Positions 9,665 through 19,445 of a stretch of 64,000 nt of DNA are shown here, in pieces (within the stretch, counting starts at the first letter, position 1; the number at the start of each line of letters is the position of its first letter). The DNA is taken from the NCBI GenBank assembly GCA_031409335.1, contig JANNWY010000095.1:1-64000 (forward strand), written 5' to 3'. Origin of the DNA: Chthoniobacteraceae bacterium (GTDB taxonomy: Bacteria; Verrucomicrobiota; Verrucomicrobiia; Chthoniobacterales; Chthoniobacteraceae). The position numbers and the translations under genes are program-made. The notes beneath the pieces are model-generated. The model saw only the letters and a list, made by a program, of their open reading frames with translations, was not told where the DNA came from and searched no databases.

Positions 9665-11980
9665 ATGGCCTCCATCATCCCGCAAATCCGTCGCGGACCA
9701 CGAGTCGAGTGGCGCATCTTTTTCCTCGCGATAATGATGCTCTCCGGGCTCGGCGTGCTGGTCGCCAAGCTCTGGTGGGAGCAGGTGGCGCGCGGACCTT
9801 TCTGGACAAAAAAAATCGCCGGGCGCTCGCAAGTCACCGTGCGCATCCCGTCGGTGCGTGGAGAAATCCGCGATCGCAACGGCATCACCCTTGTCGCGAA
9901 TCGCGCCAGCTACGAAGTGGATTTTTACCTGCCCGCGATGGTGAAGGGATTCAAGGAGCAAAACAAGTGGGTGCCGGTGACGAAATACAAAGCGCCCGTG
10001 CGCCAGATGCTCACGGAAAAGAACGAGGCGGACATCGTCCAAATCGTGAACTCGAGCATCATCCCGCGGCTCGAGGAATTGAAGCTCGCGAAGGACTACA
10101 GCTCGGAGCGGCTCCAGAAACATTACCGCAACGACACCGAGGTTCCCTTCACCTATCTCGAAGGCATCGACTTTGAAACTGTGGCGCGATTTGCCGAGCA
10201 CGACGTCGGCCTGCCCGGCGTGGACATCGCCGTGCGGCCCGTGCGCGAATACCGTTTCAAGGCGCTCGCCGCCCATCTGCTCGGCTACGTCGGCGCGCCC
10301 AATGACATCGACAAGCTGCCCGACGTGGACAAGTACACGTTTTACCAGCCCGACGTGGAGGGCAAGGCGCAGGTGGAACTCGCGCTCGACAAATGGATCC
10401 GCGGCACGCCCGGCGTGAAGGTGCTCCAGCGCAGCGTCAAGGGTGTGATCGAGAGTGAGGACAAGGCTCAAAGCGTTCTCCCGAAACCGGGCAACAACAT
10501 TTACCTGACGATCGACGCCCGCATCCAATACATCGCCGAACGCGCCTTGCGCGACGCGGGCATCGGTCGCGGCGCGGCGGTCGTCGTCGATCCGAGCACG
10601 GGCGAAATCCTCGCGATGGCTTCCGTGCCGAGCTACGATCCGAATACCTTCATCCCCAGCATCTCGACGGCGGACTGGGACGCGCTCAACGACGACGACA
10701 CCGATCCGCTCACCAATCGCGCGATCCAAGGCTACGCGCCGGGCTCCACCTTCAAGTGCGTGACCGCGCTCGCCGGACTCCGCGCCGGGCTCGATTCGCG
10801 GATGACGCTGAACTGCGGCGGCGGCTACACCTACGGCAGCAAATTCATGAAATGCTGGGTCACCACCCAGCACATGTCGCCGCACGGCGGCCTGAATCTG
10901 CCGGATGCGCTGAAGAACTCGTGCAACTCGTTTTTTTACCAATGGGGCAACAAGGCGGAGATCGAAAACATCCTCGCCGTCGCCGATTCGCTCGGGCTCG
11001 GGCAATCGACCGGGGTGCCGCTCAGCGGTGAAAACGGCGGCCTCATTCCCGGCCCGAAATGGCTCGCGCAAGTCAGCCCGAGCGAGCGCTGGTCGGATGG
11101 CTACACCGCGAATGTTTCCATCGGCCAGGGCGCGGTCGAGGCGTCGCCGCTCCAGATGGCGATGGTCACCGCGACGATCGCAAACCGCGGCATCTCCTAC
11201 TATCCGAAGCTCGTCCACCGCGTGCTCACCCAGGAGGGTCTGGACGCGCGGGATGAAAACGGGAATCTCGCGATGCCGCATGAGCCGAGGATTCGCGCGG
11301 ACCTGCACAAGGCTGGCATCACCGATCCGCAGATCGAACTCGTGCGCGAAGGCATGAGGCGCGTGGTCGCGACGGGCACTGGAAAAAAGTCGCAGATCAA
11401 AGGCATCACCGTCGCCGGCAAGACTGGCACCGCGCAGTTTTGGCGGCTCGAAAAGGAGAACGGCAAGGTGGTCAAAATCCAGGACAACCACACGTGGTTC
11501 ATCACCTTCGCGCCGTATGAGCAGCCGAAATATGCGGTCTGCATTTTTGTGCAGGGCGCGAAATCAGGCGGCGGCGTCTCCGCGCCGATCGCGCAGAAAA
11601 TCATGGAGGAAAGTCTCGCGCTGGAAAAAGGTTACGATCCCGGCCTGCAAGCGCTCGAACCTGCGAAGGGAAGTTTCCGGCAGATCGAGATGGTCGATTA
11701 CAAAAAGAGCGTCGTGCCGACCGACCAGAAGCCCGAGGAGGAAGAAGCCACCAGCACGGAGATTTCCGACAAGAGGATTGAGAAACAGCGGGCCGCCAGA
11801 CCGAACATCCGCGCGGAAGCCGACTCGGGCGGACGGGTCGCCAAACGCGCGACGCTCGTGCAACCGCCGCCAGCGGAAAAACGCAATTTCCTTCAACGCA
11901 TCTTCGGCATCAAATCGAAGGAACCACCACCTGCCAGCGACCGTCCCCCAACCAAACCATTCAAGCCGGGTGGTCGTTGA
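9665..11980 (+). CDS. mrdA: Penicillin-binding protein 2
   Basis: RGEIRDRNG, STFK (SxxK), SCN (SxN), KTG motifs. Confidence 0.94.
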   Translation: MASIIPQIRRGPRVEWRIFFLAIMMLSGLGVLVAKLWWEQVARGPFWTKKIAGRSQVTVRIPSVRGEIRDRNGITLVANRASYEVDFYLPAMVKGFKEQNKWVPVTKYKAPVRQMLTEKNEADIVQIVNSSIIPRLEELKLAKDYSSERLQKHYRNDTEVPFTYLEGIDFETVARFAEHDVGLPGVDIAVRPVREYRFKALAAHLLGYVGAPNDIDKLPDVDKYTFYQPDVEGKAQVELALDKWIRGTPGVKVLQRSVKGVIESEDKAQSVLPKPGNNIYLTIDARIQYIAERALRDAGIGRGAAVVVDPSTGEILAMASVPSYDPNTFIPSISTADWDALNDDDTDPLTNRAIQGYAPGSTFKCVTALAGLRAGLDSRMTLNCGGGYTYGSKFMKCWVTTQHMSPHGGLNLPDALKNSCNSFFYQWGNKAEIENILAVADSLGLGQSTGVPLSGENGGLIPGPKWLAQVSPSERWSDGYTANVSIGQGAVEASPLQMAMVTATIANRGISYYPKLVHRVLTQEGLDARDENGNLAMPHEPRIRADLHKAGITDPQIELVREGMRRVVATGTGKKSQIKGITVAGKTGTAQFWRLEKENGKVVKIQDNHTWFITFAPYEQPKYAVCIFVQGAKSGGGVSAPIAQKIMEESLALEKGYDPGLQALEPAKGSFRQIEMVDYKKSVVPTDQKPEEEEATSTEISDKRIEKQRAARPNIRAEADSGGRVAKRATLVQPPPAEKRNFLQRIFGIKSKEPPPASDRPPTKPFKPGGR

Positions 11981-12028
11981 TCCCCACCACCCACAGTGTT
12001 CAGCAAACTCTACCCAAAAATACTTTCC

Positions 12029-13600
12029 ATGACCGAACGTGTAAAACGTGTCCTCGGCCTCGCGCCCAGGCAGACAGGCAACAAAATCGTCATCAACTGC
12101 GAGAAGCTCGAACGCCGCGTGGCGCTCCTCGAAAACGGCCAGCTCGAGGAATACAGCATCGAGCGGCAGACCGATCGCAACATCGTCGGCAGCATTTTCA
12201 AAGGCCGCGTGAAAAACATCGAGCACGGCCTCAAGGCCATGTTTGTCGATATCGGCTTCGAGAAAAATGCGTTCCTCCATTTTTGGGACGCACTGCCCGC
12301 GGCGCTCGATAGCGGCATTGAAGAAGTCGAGCGCGCCAGTGGCAGGAAGCAGGCAAAGCGCATCACCGCGAAAGACATCCCGAGCATTTACCCCGTCGGC
12401 AGCGAAGTGCTCGTGCAAGTCACCAAAGGCCCGATCAGCACCAAAGGCCCGCGCATCACCACCAATCTCAGCCTCGCCGGACGCTACCTCGTGCTCATGC
12501 CCTACAGCGACCAGAGCGGCATCTCGCGAAAGATCGAATCGCCAAAAGAGCGCGAGCGGCTCCGCAAAATCCTCAAGGATCTCGACATCCCGGAAGGCAT
12601 GGGCCTCATCGTCCGCACCGTCGGCGAGGGGCAGCGCGAGCGTTACTTCGTGCGCGATCTCGGCCTGCTCGTCGAGCAATGGCGCGCCATCGAAGCCGCG
12701 ATGAAAGAGAAGCCCGCGCCGAATTGCGTCTTCGCCGAACCCGATCTCATCGAGCGCACTGTGCGCGATTTTTTGACCGACGAAATCGACGCCGTCCTCT
12801 GCGACGATGAAAACGCCGTGAAGCGCATGATCGACCTCGTCGGCCAAATCTCCCGGCGCTCGACCCACCGCATCCAGCACTACAGCGGCGCGCAGCCGAT
12901 CTTCGAAAGCTTCGGCGTGCAAAAGCAGATCGACGACGCCTTTCACCGCCAGGTCTGGCTGAAGTGCGGCGGCTACATCGTCATCGATGAAACCGAGGCA
13001 CTCATCGCCATCGACGTGAACACTGGCCGCAACAAAGGCGGCAAGGACGTCGAGAAAACCATCCTGCAAACCAACCTCGAAGCCGTCGATGAAATGGCCC
13101 GCCAGATGCGCCTGCGGAATATCGGCGGACTCATCATCGGCGACTTCATCGACATGAAATCGCGCAAGGATCAGCAGAACGTCTATCAGCGCATGAAGGA
13201 CCGCTTGCGCCGCGACAAGGCGAAGACCCACGTCATCCCGATTTCCCCGCTCGGCCTCATGGAAATGACGCGCCAGCGCGCGCAGGAATCCATCAGCGGC
13301 AGCGTTTATGAACCCTGCCCGTATTGCTATGGCCGCGGGAAAATCAAGAGCGCCATGACGATGAGCGTCGAGCTTCAGCGCGAGCTGCATCAAGTGATGC
13401 GCAAGTATCCCGAAGTCCACGAGGTCAAGATCATCATTCATCCCACCGTGCTCGAGCGCCTGCGGACCGAAGACGAAGAGCTGCTCATCGACATCGAGCG
13501 CAAGTACGCCGGACGGCTCTCCTTCCGCAGCGATCCCACAAGCCATCAGGAAAAATTCACGATCACCGATGCCAACACCGGCGCGGAATTGAAGGTGTAG
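12029..13600 (+). CDS. Rne/Rng family ribonuclease (RNase G-sized)
   Basis: S1 domain, IDVNTG, LRNIGGLIIGDFIDM, CPYCYG Zn-link. Confidence 0.93.
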   Translation: MTERVKRVLGLAPRQTGNKIVINCEKLERRVALLENGQLEEYSIERQTDRNIVGSIFKGRVKNIEHGLKAMFVDIGFEKNAFLHFWDALPAALDSGIEEVERASGRKQAKRITAKDIPSIYPVGSEVLVQVTKGPISTKGPRITTNLSLAGRYLVLMPYSDQSGISRKIESPKERERLRKILKDLDIPEGMGLIVRTVGEGQRERYFVRDLGLLVEQWRAIEAAMKEKPAPNCVFAEPDLIERTVRDFLTDEIDAVLCDDENAVKRMIDLVGQISRRSTHRIQHYSGAQPIFESFGVQKQIDDAFHRQVWLKCGGYIVIDETEALIAIDVNTGRNKGGKDVEKTILQTNLEAVDEMARQMRLRNIGGLIIGDFIDMKSRKDQQNVYQRMKDRLRRDKAKTHVIPISPLGLMEMTRQRAQESISGSVYEPCPYCYGRGKIKSAMTMSVELQRELHQVMRKYPEVHEVKIIIHPTVLERLRTEDEELLIDIERKYAGRLSFRSDPTSHQEKFTITDANTGAELKV

Positions 13601-13648
13601 CCCGAGCCACGTGGATGGCGTCGCTCAGCGCGCCATGCCACTGAAAGC

Positions 13649-13993
13649 ATGGCCCGCAAAGCACGCGTCGAACTTGAGGGAGCGGTTTACCACGTGTTGG
13701 ACCGCGGGATCGGCGCGAGGCGATTTTCAAGGACGATACAGACCGGCGTCGGTTTCTGGAAACTCTGAGGAGAGCGTGTGCCGACGGGCTGGCGCGTGCG
13801 TGCCTTTGTGTTGATGAGCAATCATGACCATCTGAGGAGGCTGCGCTGGCTCGGATTGCAGCGGGAAGAGCTGGCTGGATTGAAAAAATGGGATGCACCA
13901 AAAGCAGCAATCGCCGCGCTGATCCGACAGCGGACCACAGTGACCACCGCGTGGATCGCCCGGGAGCTTGCGCTTGGAAATGCGGCTAAGTAA
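13649..13993 (+). pseudogene. Decayed REP-associated tyrosine transposase (RAYT / Y1 HUH)
   Basis: MARKARVELEGAVYHVLDRG, then a frameshift to DRREAIFKDDTDRRRFLE...GWRVRAFVLMSNHDHL (HUH-like), fused directly to a C-terminal TTVTTAWIARELALG segment. The central part is deleted. Confidence 0.85.
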
Positions 13994-14316
13994 TTCATTT
14001 TGTTGAAAATATACAGAGTGAACCAGTGCGAAAACTGGAGAAATGCCGTTGAAAAGGAGCGGATTTCAAGAGGCACCCCCTTTCACTTTCACACCTTTCA
14101 CACCCGCCTGTGCCATGAAAATGCGATCCCGGTTGATTTTGGGCTGGACATTGGCGGCGCGCGTGGTGCAATCGCGTCCGCGTCTTACTTCGTTATGGAT
14201 CGCGCACGCTTCACTGCCCCGCCGCTCCCGGCACCAAGGATTCGGCGCATTCGATGCCTATTCGGGCGTTCCCCCTTTTCCGTGACCAACTCAGTAACCA
14301 ACAACAACGCATCGCC

Positions 14317-17300
14317 ATGTACACACATCGCAATACACCCGTTCATGCAGCAATCGCCCGAATCGCAGTCCGAGCCCGAAATCTCCTCGTGCTGCTTGCA
14401 TTATCCTTCTCCGTCTCACCGCCCGCACCGGCGGCTGAGGATGGATTTTCGCCAATCTTCAGCGGGACGCTGAACGGCGATTTTGTCACCGCGGGGAGTT
14501 ATTCGCGCGTGTTCGATGCGCCGACTTCGCAGACCGATCCGTTCGCCGTGACGCTCGGTGGCATCCCGGCCGGGAGCACGGTGGTGAAGGCGTTCGCGAA
14601 CTGGACTTATCTCACCGACCTGCCGGGCGATCCCGGCGAGGCGAGCATTACCATCAATGGCAATCCGGTGGTGGGCACGCTGGCGCTGGGTTCGCCGGAT
14701 GTCGGTTGGGGAAAATCCTCGTCCGCTTCATACACGGCGGATGTCACTTCCTTGGTGAGCGGCAATGGCGTTTTCAGCATCGGCAGCGCGATCGACGATG
14801 TGGTGTCGGAGGCGTACGGCGAAGGGTTTTCGCTGGTGACGGTGTTCAGCAATCCGGCCCTGCCGCGCAGCGACATTTATGTCTATTCCGGCCTCACCTC
14901 GAACACGTCGAATCCGCCGGAGGGTTTCGCGCCGGCACTGGCGGACTATCAATTCACGCTCGGGGCCTACAACGGTGGTCCGGCACATTTCTTCATCAAT
15001 GCCTTCGACGGCCAGACGGGGGCGGATACGTTTTCGATCAACGGCCTGAATGCGGGCGGAATCCTCGGCGGCACCGGCTCCGCGCTGGATGCGTGGCAGG
15101 GCAAGCTCGGGCCGGCGGCGGCGGGAAATCTTTATGATCACGGCGAGGGAAATGTGGCGGCGTTCATGTCCGTGGGGCAGACTTCGCTCACGGCGCGCAC
15201 GGCGATCGGAGCGGGCGCGGCGGGCGATGCGGTGGGGCACAGCTTCGGCGCGATCCGATTCTCCTCCGGCGCGATCCCGGAGCCGGGCACTGCGCTGTTC
15301 GGCGTGGGCACGCTAATGGCAATGCTGTGCGCGCGGCGGCGGCGGCGGCGCGGGATGCTGTGCGTGCTCGGCGCGCTGACGATGCTCGGCGCGGCGCAGG
15401 CGGGAGCGCAAACTCTCACTTGCCCGAAGCAATCGACCCCCATCGCCATCGGATTTTTAGAATCCCGGCTGGTGTGTGTGAATCCCGATCAAGACACCAT
15501 CTCGCTCTTTGATCCGGCGACCCCATCGCCCACGAAGCTCGCGGAGATCGCCGTCGGCGCGGAGCCAAACAGCGTGGCGATTCAGCCATCCGTCCCGTTC
15601 GCCTACGTGGCGAATTCGGTGAGCGGCACGGTCTCGGTGGTGAACCTCACGGCGCAACTGACCACCGCCACCATCCCGGTGGGTGCGGAGCCGAGGGCGC
15701 TGGTGCTCTCGCCGAATGGCACGCGGCTCTACGTGTCGAATCATTCGTCGAACACGCTCAGTGTCATCGATACGGGGTCGCTCAGCGTCATCGCCACGGT
15801 GGACTTGCGCGCCTTTGGCTCCGCGCCGGGCGCGCTCGCCGTGACCCACGATGGCGACACCGACGACACCGACGAGACGGTGCATGTCGCGCTGTTTTTC
15901 GGCCAGCTCCGGCCGGGAAAAGGGAGCGTCGATGAAGGCCAGGACGACCAGCGCGAGGGCCGCGTCGTGGCGATTTCGGCGGCGACGAACACGGTGCTCG
16001 GGAACGCGGTGCTCGGGCCGCTGGCCAACGCCGGCTTCAACTCGAACGGCCGGCTCGCACCCGCGCCCGGCCAGGTGCCCGCCGTCGCCTCGACGAATCC
16101 GCAGACTTTCACCACGCCGACCGGCGCGTATCCGAATCAGCTCGCCGCCATCGCGCTCCATCCCACCACGGGCCGCGGCTATGTCGTGAGCACGGGCGCT
16201 TCGCCCAATGGCCCGCTGCGTTTCAATCAAATGGCGCAGGGGCTCGTCTCCGTTTTCAACGCGGCGACGCGCACCGAGATCACCGCGGCGCAGACCGATC
16301 CCACCGTGCGCCGCACCGCGCCGCTCAATCTCAACCAAGGCGTCAACCTCGCCACCACGCCAGCGCCCCGGCTTTTCCTCACGAATCCCGTGGCGCTGGC
16401 GTGGCGGCCCAATGGTTCGGATGCGTGGGCGGTGATCCAGAATGGCAATCTCGTCGTGCGGCTCACCGTCGATGCGAACGGCATCCCGTCCGCGGGCGCG
16501 CCGCTCGTCGCGGGACCGAGCACGATCGTGCGCGTGGATTTGCAAAACCCGCCCGCCGGTCTGCTCGTGGGCAAAGCCCCGCGCGGCATCGTCATCAACG
16601 ACACCGGCACGCGCGCCTACGTGTACAATTTCGTCAGCCGCTCGATCAGCAACATCGACATCACGAATCCCGCCGCGCCCGTCATCGTCGGCACCGTGCA
16701 GGCGAGCGCGCCGCCCGCGCCGGGGACGATCGGTTTCACCGCGCAGTTGGGCGCGGAACTTTTCTTCACCGGACGCGGGCCGCAGGAGCGCATGTCGAGC
16801 GAAAGCTGGGGCGGCTGCATCGTGTGCCATCCGTTCGGCGGGCGCGCGGATGGCGTGACGTGGATGTTCGACGCGGGGCCGCGGCAGACGATCCCGCTCG
16901 ATGGGATGTTCGATCCGAACAACACCGCCGATCAGCGGCTGCTGAACTGGAGCGCGGTGCGGGATGAAAATCACGACTTTGAACTCAACACGCGCGGCGT
17001 CTTCGGAGGGCGCGGCCTCATCGACGACGACCGGCTCTTTCTCGCCATCGGCGGAGTGAACGGCGCGACCCCCGCGGACACGGCGCTGATCGAGCAATTC
17101 CACAATGCCAACGGCGCGGTCACGACGACGAACGATCTGCGCAATGGCACGGCGCTGCCGTCGCTCGCAGCGTTCGGGGCGCGGCGGGATTTCGCGGTGG
17201 CGACGCTTTCCGACGACCGCGTTTACATCCTCGGCGGGCGCAGCGGCGCGGGACAGGGGACGCTGATCTCTGGCGCGAATACGGTGCTCGAATTCAACCC

Positions 17301-18723
17301 GCGCACGAACATCATCCGCACGCGCAGCGCGGTCGGCTTCACGCCGCGTCATTCGCTCGGCGCGGCGGCGGTGAAGACCTCGGGCGGGCCGCGCATCTAC
17401 GCCGTCGGCGGCTACGCGGGCACGTTGGCGTCGGCTTCTCCGACCGCCACCGTCCAGGAGTACAATCCGGCCACCAATACGTGGCGCACCGTCGCGTCGC
17501 TGCCCACGGCCGTCGCCGAGTTTGGCATCACCGCCGCGGGCGGGGTGAATACCGCGGAGCCGCTCGAACTCATCCACGTAGTCGCGGGGAACACCGGCTC
17601 GGAAGCGGCACCCTCGCTGACGATCGCGAACCCTGTGCAGCGCTTCCAGGCCGATCCCACCGGGCCGGGTACGTGGAGCACCTTGAATCCCTCGGGCCTC
17701 GGCCTCACCCCGCGCCGCCTGCTCGGCGCCGCCGTCGCGTTGCGCGGCGTGATTTCGCGCATCTTTGTCATCGGCGGTGTGAATGCCGCCGGCACCGTGC
17801 TCGACACCGTCGAGGAATATACCGCGCAAAGCGTGCTGCTCGTCGCCACGCCGCACACCGCGCTGCCCGCGCCGCGCGCGCGTTTCGGGGTCGCGAGCAC
17901 GACTTCCTCCAATCAGATCTATGTCGTGGGCGGCGTCGATGCGGGAGGCGCTGACCAGACGAGCGTCTTCGAGTACACCATCGCCGCCAATGGGCCGGTC
18001 GCCGGTCCCGCCGGCACGCCGAGCGGGACGTGGGTGACGCGCGGAAATCTGTCCGCGCCGCGCCGCAGCCTCGCGCTCTCGAATCCGCCGGGCGTCACGA
18101 ATTTCCTCACCGTGCGCAACAGCGGACGCAACGCGAGCCAGGACGCCATCGCCGTGTGGGTCGCGCGCAATCTGCGCTCCGCCGTCGCGCCCGTGGCGGC
18201 AGCCGATCCGCAGGCGGTCGCGGGCCGCACACTCTTCGGCACCGCCGGTCTCGTGCAGGCGGGCATTAGCTGCGCGACGTGTCACGGCGGTGGAAAATGG
18301 ACGCGCTCGAACCGGCCCTACGTCGGACCGCCTTCGCCAGAAATCGGCCTCGGCCTCGGCAACGAGCGCGTGATCGGCGCGGAACTGCGCGTCACCGCCG
18401 CGCAGCCCGCCGTGCTCACCAACGTCGGCACGTTCACCCTCGGCGGCGGGCGCACGAACGAAGTGCGTTTCAACGGCGCGGACATCAGCCAGGCGATCAA
18501 TCCGCTCGGAGCAAACGGCTTCAACATTCCCTCGCTGCTCAGCGTCCACGAGACCGCGCCGTATTATTACAACGGCCTCGCGCAGACGCTCGAAGAAGTG
18601 CTCAACGGCTCGCAAGACAGCAACGGCGGGACGCGCCATCACTTCGTCACGAATGCCGCACAGCGCGCGCAACTCATCGCCTTCCTGCGCTCGATCGACG
18701 AGACGACGCCGGTCTTTCCGTGA
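14317..18723 (+). CDS. Multidomain exported protein: DUF3344-like domain + internal PEP-CTERM + second signal peptide + YVTN beta-propeller + di-heme cytochrome c (CCP/MauG-like) with Kelch insertion
   Basis: Signal peptide. IPEPG-TM-RRRRRR at 15274-15351. AYVANSVSGTVSVV / LYVSNHSSNTLSVID repeats. CIVCH at 16816 and CATCH at 18271. Kelch GG...EY/W repeats. IPSLL...APYYYNG motif. Confidence 0.85.
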   Translation: MYTHRNTPVHAAIARIAVRARNLLVLLALSFSVSPPAPAAEDGFSPIFSGTLNGDFVTAGSYSRVFDAPTSQTDPFAVTLGGIPAGSTVVKAFANWTYLTDLPGDPGEASITINGNPVVGTLALGSPDVGWGKSSSASYTADVTSLVSGNGVFSIGSAIDDVVSEAYGEGFSLVTVFSNPALPRSDIYVYSGLTSNTSNPPEGFAPALADYQFTLGAYNGGPAHFFINAFDGQTGADTFSINGLNAGGILGGTGSALDAWQGKLGPAAAGNLYDHGEGNVAAFMSVGQTSLTARTAIGAGAAGDAVGHSFGAIRFSSGAIPEPGTALFGVGTLMAMLCARRRRRRGMLCVLGALTMLGAAQAGAQTLTCPKQSTPIAIGFLESRLVCVNPDQDTISLFDPATPSPTKLAEIAVGAEPNSVAIQPSVPFAYVANSVSGTVSVVNLTAQLTTATIPVGAEPRALVLSPNGTRLYVSNHSSNTLSVIDTGSLSVIATVDLRAFGSAPGALAVTHDGDTDDTDETVHVALFFGQLRPGKGSVDEGQDDQREGRVVAISAATNTVLGNAVLGPLANAGFNSNGRLAPAPGQVPAVASTNPQTFTTPTGAYPNQLAAIALHPTTGRGYVVSTGASPNGPLRFNQMAQGLVSVFNAATRTEITAAQTDPTVRRTAPLNLNQGVNLATTPAPRLFLTNPVALAWRPNGSDAWAVIQNGNLVVRLTVDANGIPSAGAPLVAGPSTIVRVDLQNPPAGLLVGKAPRGIVINDTGTRAYVYNFVSRSISNIDITNPAAPVIVGTVQASAPPAPGTIGFTAQLGAELFFTGRGPQERMSSESWGGCIVCHPFGGRADGVTWMFDAGPRQTIPLDGMFDPNNTADQRLLNWSAVRDENHDFELNTRGVFGGRGLIDDDRLFLAIGGVNGATPADTALIEQFHNANGAVTTTNDLRNGTALPSLAAFGARRDFAVATLSDDRVYILGGRSGAGQGTLISGANTVLEFNPRTNIIRTRSAVGFTPRHSLGAAAVKTSGGPRIYAVGGYAGTLASASPTATVQEYNPATNTWRTVASLPTAVAEFGITAAGGVNTAEPLELIHVVAGNTGSEAAPSLTIANPVQRFQADPTGPGTWSTLNPSGLGLTPRRLLGAAVALRGVISRIFVIGGVNAAGTVLDTVEEYTAQSVLLVATPHTALPAPRARFGVASTTSSNQIYVVGGVDAGGADQTSVFEYTIAANGPVAGPAGTPSGTWVTRGNLSAPRRSLALSNPPGVTNFLTVRNSGRNASQDAIAVWVARNLRSAVAPVAAADPQAVAGRTLFGTAGLVQAGISCATCHGGGKWTRSNRPYVGPPSPEIGLGLGNERVIGAELRVTAAQPAVLTNVGTFTLGGGRTNEVRFNGADISQAINPLGANGFNIPSLLSVHETAPYYYNGLAQTLEEVLNGSQDSNGGTRHHFVTNAAQRAQLIAFLRSIDETTPVFP

Positions 18724-18734
18724 CCGGGAGCCCG

Positions 18735-18811
18735 TTCAACATCCAACACCCAGCTCCAATGGACCTCGCGGATGTTCGCGAGCAACATTGGGTGTTGGAA
18801 GTTTGATGTTA
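18735..18811. repeat. Degenerate inverted heptamer-repeat hairpin
   Basis: TTCAACATCCAACACCCAGCTCCAA ... TTGGGTGTTGGAAGTTTGATGTTA right after the stop of the large ORF. Confidence 0.6.
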
Positions 18812-18849
18812 GGCGGCATCACACACGTCAGCAGTTTCCAATCAAAACT

Positions 18850-19107
18850 ATGAACGCAATGAACACACAGATGAAAGCTACTTGGCGGAAGATGGTCGGC
18901 ACCGCGCTACTGTGGGTGGCCTTCGCTGCCCTCGTTTACGTTCCGTCATCCGGCGGCGGTGCGAGAGGCACGATCGTCGCGTGTATTGGATTGTTGTCCT
19001 TCGCTTCCGGTCTCGCGCTGTTCGCGGACGGCCTGAAGCGCGACATCGTTGAGCAGCTTCGCGGAGACCGAAGTGCGCAGAGAAACGCAGAGAAGTGTCC
19101 GAGCTAG
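18850..19107 (+). CDS. Small two-TM membrane protein, hypothetical
   Basis: Two hydrophobic segments separated by a Gly-rich loop; AC-rich leader before the ATG. Confidence 0.6.
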   Translation: MNAMNTQMKATWRKMVGTALLWVAFAALVYVPSSGGGARGTIVACIGLLSFASGLALFADGLKRDIVEQLRGDRSAQRNAEKCPS

Positions 19108-19445
19108 AATTTCAACATATTTTCGGCCATGACCGGTCTGGAAATGAGGTCGCTTTTTTCCAAAACTAAAGCACGGAGGAAAAAGGTAACGACATGACGA
19201 CGTGGGTGTATGTGGCCGGGACGACACTCGTGCAGCAAAAACCGGATGCTGCGGGATTTGGCGCGGAGGAGGTGGCAAGAGGCAGCGGCGCGCGGTGGTC
19301 GCAAGGCTGGCACCGAATCTTCGCGCGGCACTTCGGCGCGACAACCGCATGAGGGCGGCACTCCACCGAGTTCCGCTGCCGGGGATTCTCCGCTTTTGTT
19401 TTCGCTTTTCGCTGCGGCGTGGATGCGGCACGTTCACCGCCCACT

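Noticed and set aside
14000..14473. 157-aa ORF upstream of the large gene
   Set aside because: Overlaps the large ORF's start in another frame, spans repeat/promoter DNA, and has no protein-like features.
15457..18672. 1071-aa minus-strand ORF (likewise 2145-4451, 9617-11491, 11564-13546, 35872-38115)
   Set aside because: Antisense shadows of well-supported genes in high-GC DNA, with no recognisable motifs.
19166..19240. YTHV motif on the minus strand resembling a tyrosine-recombinase C-terminus
   Set aside because: No upstream LGH or HxLR motifs; too short to support.
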